Positions 63,301 through 64,000 of a stretch of 64,000 bases of DNA are shown one piece after another; position 1 is the stretch's first letter; every line of letters starts with the position of its first letter. Under the pieces are notes generated by a model. That model made no database searches. It worked only from the letters and a program-made list of their open reading frames with translations, and was not told the origin of the DNA. A program made the translations under genes and the position numbers. Source of the stretch: Amphiscolops sp. MND2022 (lineage: Eukaryota); assembly GCA_964187785.1 (NCBI GenBank), contig OZ076409.1, positions 77,874,001 to 77,938,000 of the forward strand. The letters are read 5' to 3'.

Positions 63301-64000
63301 ATTGAAACGGAAGGCATAGTGAACAAATGTTAGGTTCGTTAATGAACGCTGCACTTGATTGATTAATGATAGAAACATAAAGATCCCACAAGAAAACTGA
63401 GAGATTGCGTTTGTTTGATAGAAACGCGATAGCTGATACCAACAACTTAATTACTAGCTCTCAGCTTCCATTGAAAAAGTTTTGTTATTTACCGAAAACA
63501 AATTATCGCTTTTTAAGCTATCGCTTTACTATATATATCTCGGGTATTTTGGTCTTTTGATTTTTCGTTATTGGTGACTACATCTGATCCATGGCTAAAA
63601 GTTCGTTTTGTTTTATTGGAATGTTCCTTCTGCCGTTGAACCGCTCGTGGAGATAAGTTTTTTACCATTTGCGAATTGTTGATTCCAATAGACTGTACTT
63701 GGTTGTTTTTCTTCTTCACAAACACACCTTCACAAACGACGAACTTCAGAATTACGAGTTGCAGTATGCCACTTAAGCTCTGAAACTTCTATCTGGATGT
63801 CTTTTTCAAATTTTGGCGAACGCTCTTCAATGAATATGGGCCTTCTGTTAAGAAAGTTTGTTGAGCCACCCAGCAAAGTTCGTCGAAAAAACGCCTCATT
63901 TGTCACTTTGAAGTAGACAAGTTTGATTATGATACGCGCTAAATGAATACCTTTTTGTTTCCCCAAGGGATGACAAGCATTGAAAAAACGCCTCATTTGT
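60400..64000 (-). mobile_element. Decayed CR1/L2-group non-LTR retrotransposon (ORF1 C-terminus, APE endonuclease, RT), split by HINE copy D; runs off the window
   Basis: ACHPLG..IIIKLVYF..IFIEER (ORF1), VIVLTETWL (APE), KIAKV..KGD..NY...LL.SLSKVFEKL, GVPQDSIIGP, FADDT, CKYLGV. Confidence 0.88.
60562..61161 (-). mobile_element. HINE-like element, copy D
   Basis: aacaagac...agtcgacgctatatccaaggctca at the left end and tagtcgg...gcgccgactaaaaa at the right end; inserted in a T-run of the LINE RT tail. Confidence 0.8.

Overview
AT-rich eukaryotic DNA (probably an invertebrate; inferred from spliceosomal introns and the TE families present), made up largely of nested transposable elements. No ordinary host gene is recognisable. 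Main contents: (1) a near-intact BEL/Pao LTR retrotransposon (4607-11073); (2) a 1.5-kb solo LTR that carries a promoter and the 5' part of gag (11865-13370); (3) a piggyBac-type MITE; (4) a non-coding BEL-like LTR element on the minus strand (22382-28127); (5) four full copies and one fragment of a Helentron-type non-autonomous (HINE/DINE-1-like) family; (6) a ~184-bp tandem array, a CCC-terminated TIR element, and decayed Gypsy, hAT and CR1-type relics; (7) a 16.5-kb Ty3/Gypsy element (30056-46547) with 2.5-kb LTRs. The Gypsy element is the most interesting object. Between pol and the 3' LTR it carries a minus-strand gene that I reconstruct as 8 coding exons and 7 GT-AG introns (~1100 aa after restoring one base in a homopolymer). 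The protein has a C2H2 zinc finger and, by eye, a catalytically degenerate hAT-transposase-like layout. It is arranged divergently from a second accessory ORF, with an array of TGACGTCA-containing repeats between them. All protein family calls are by motif recognition; no database searches were run.
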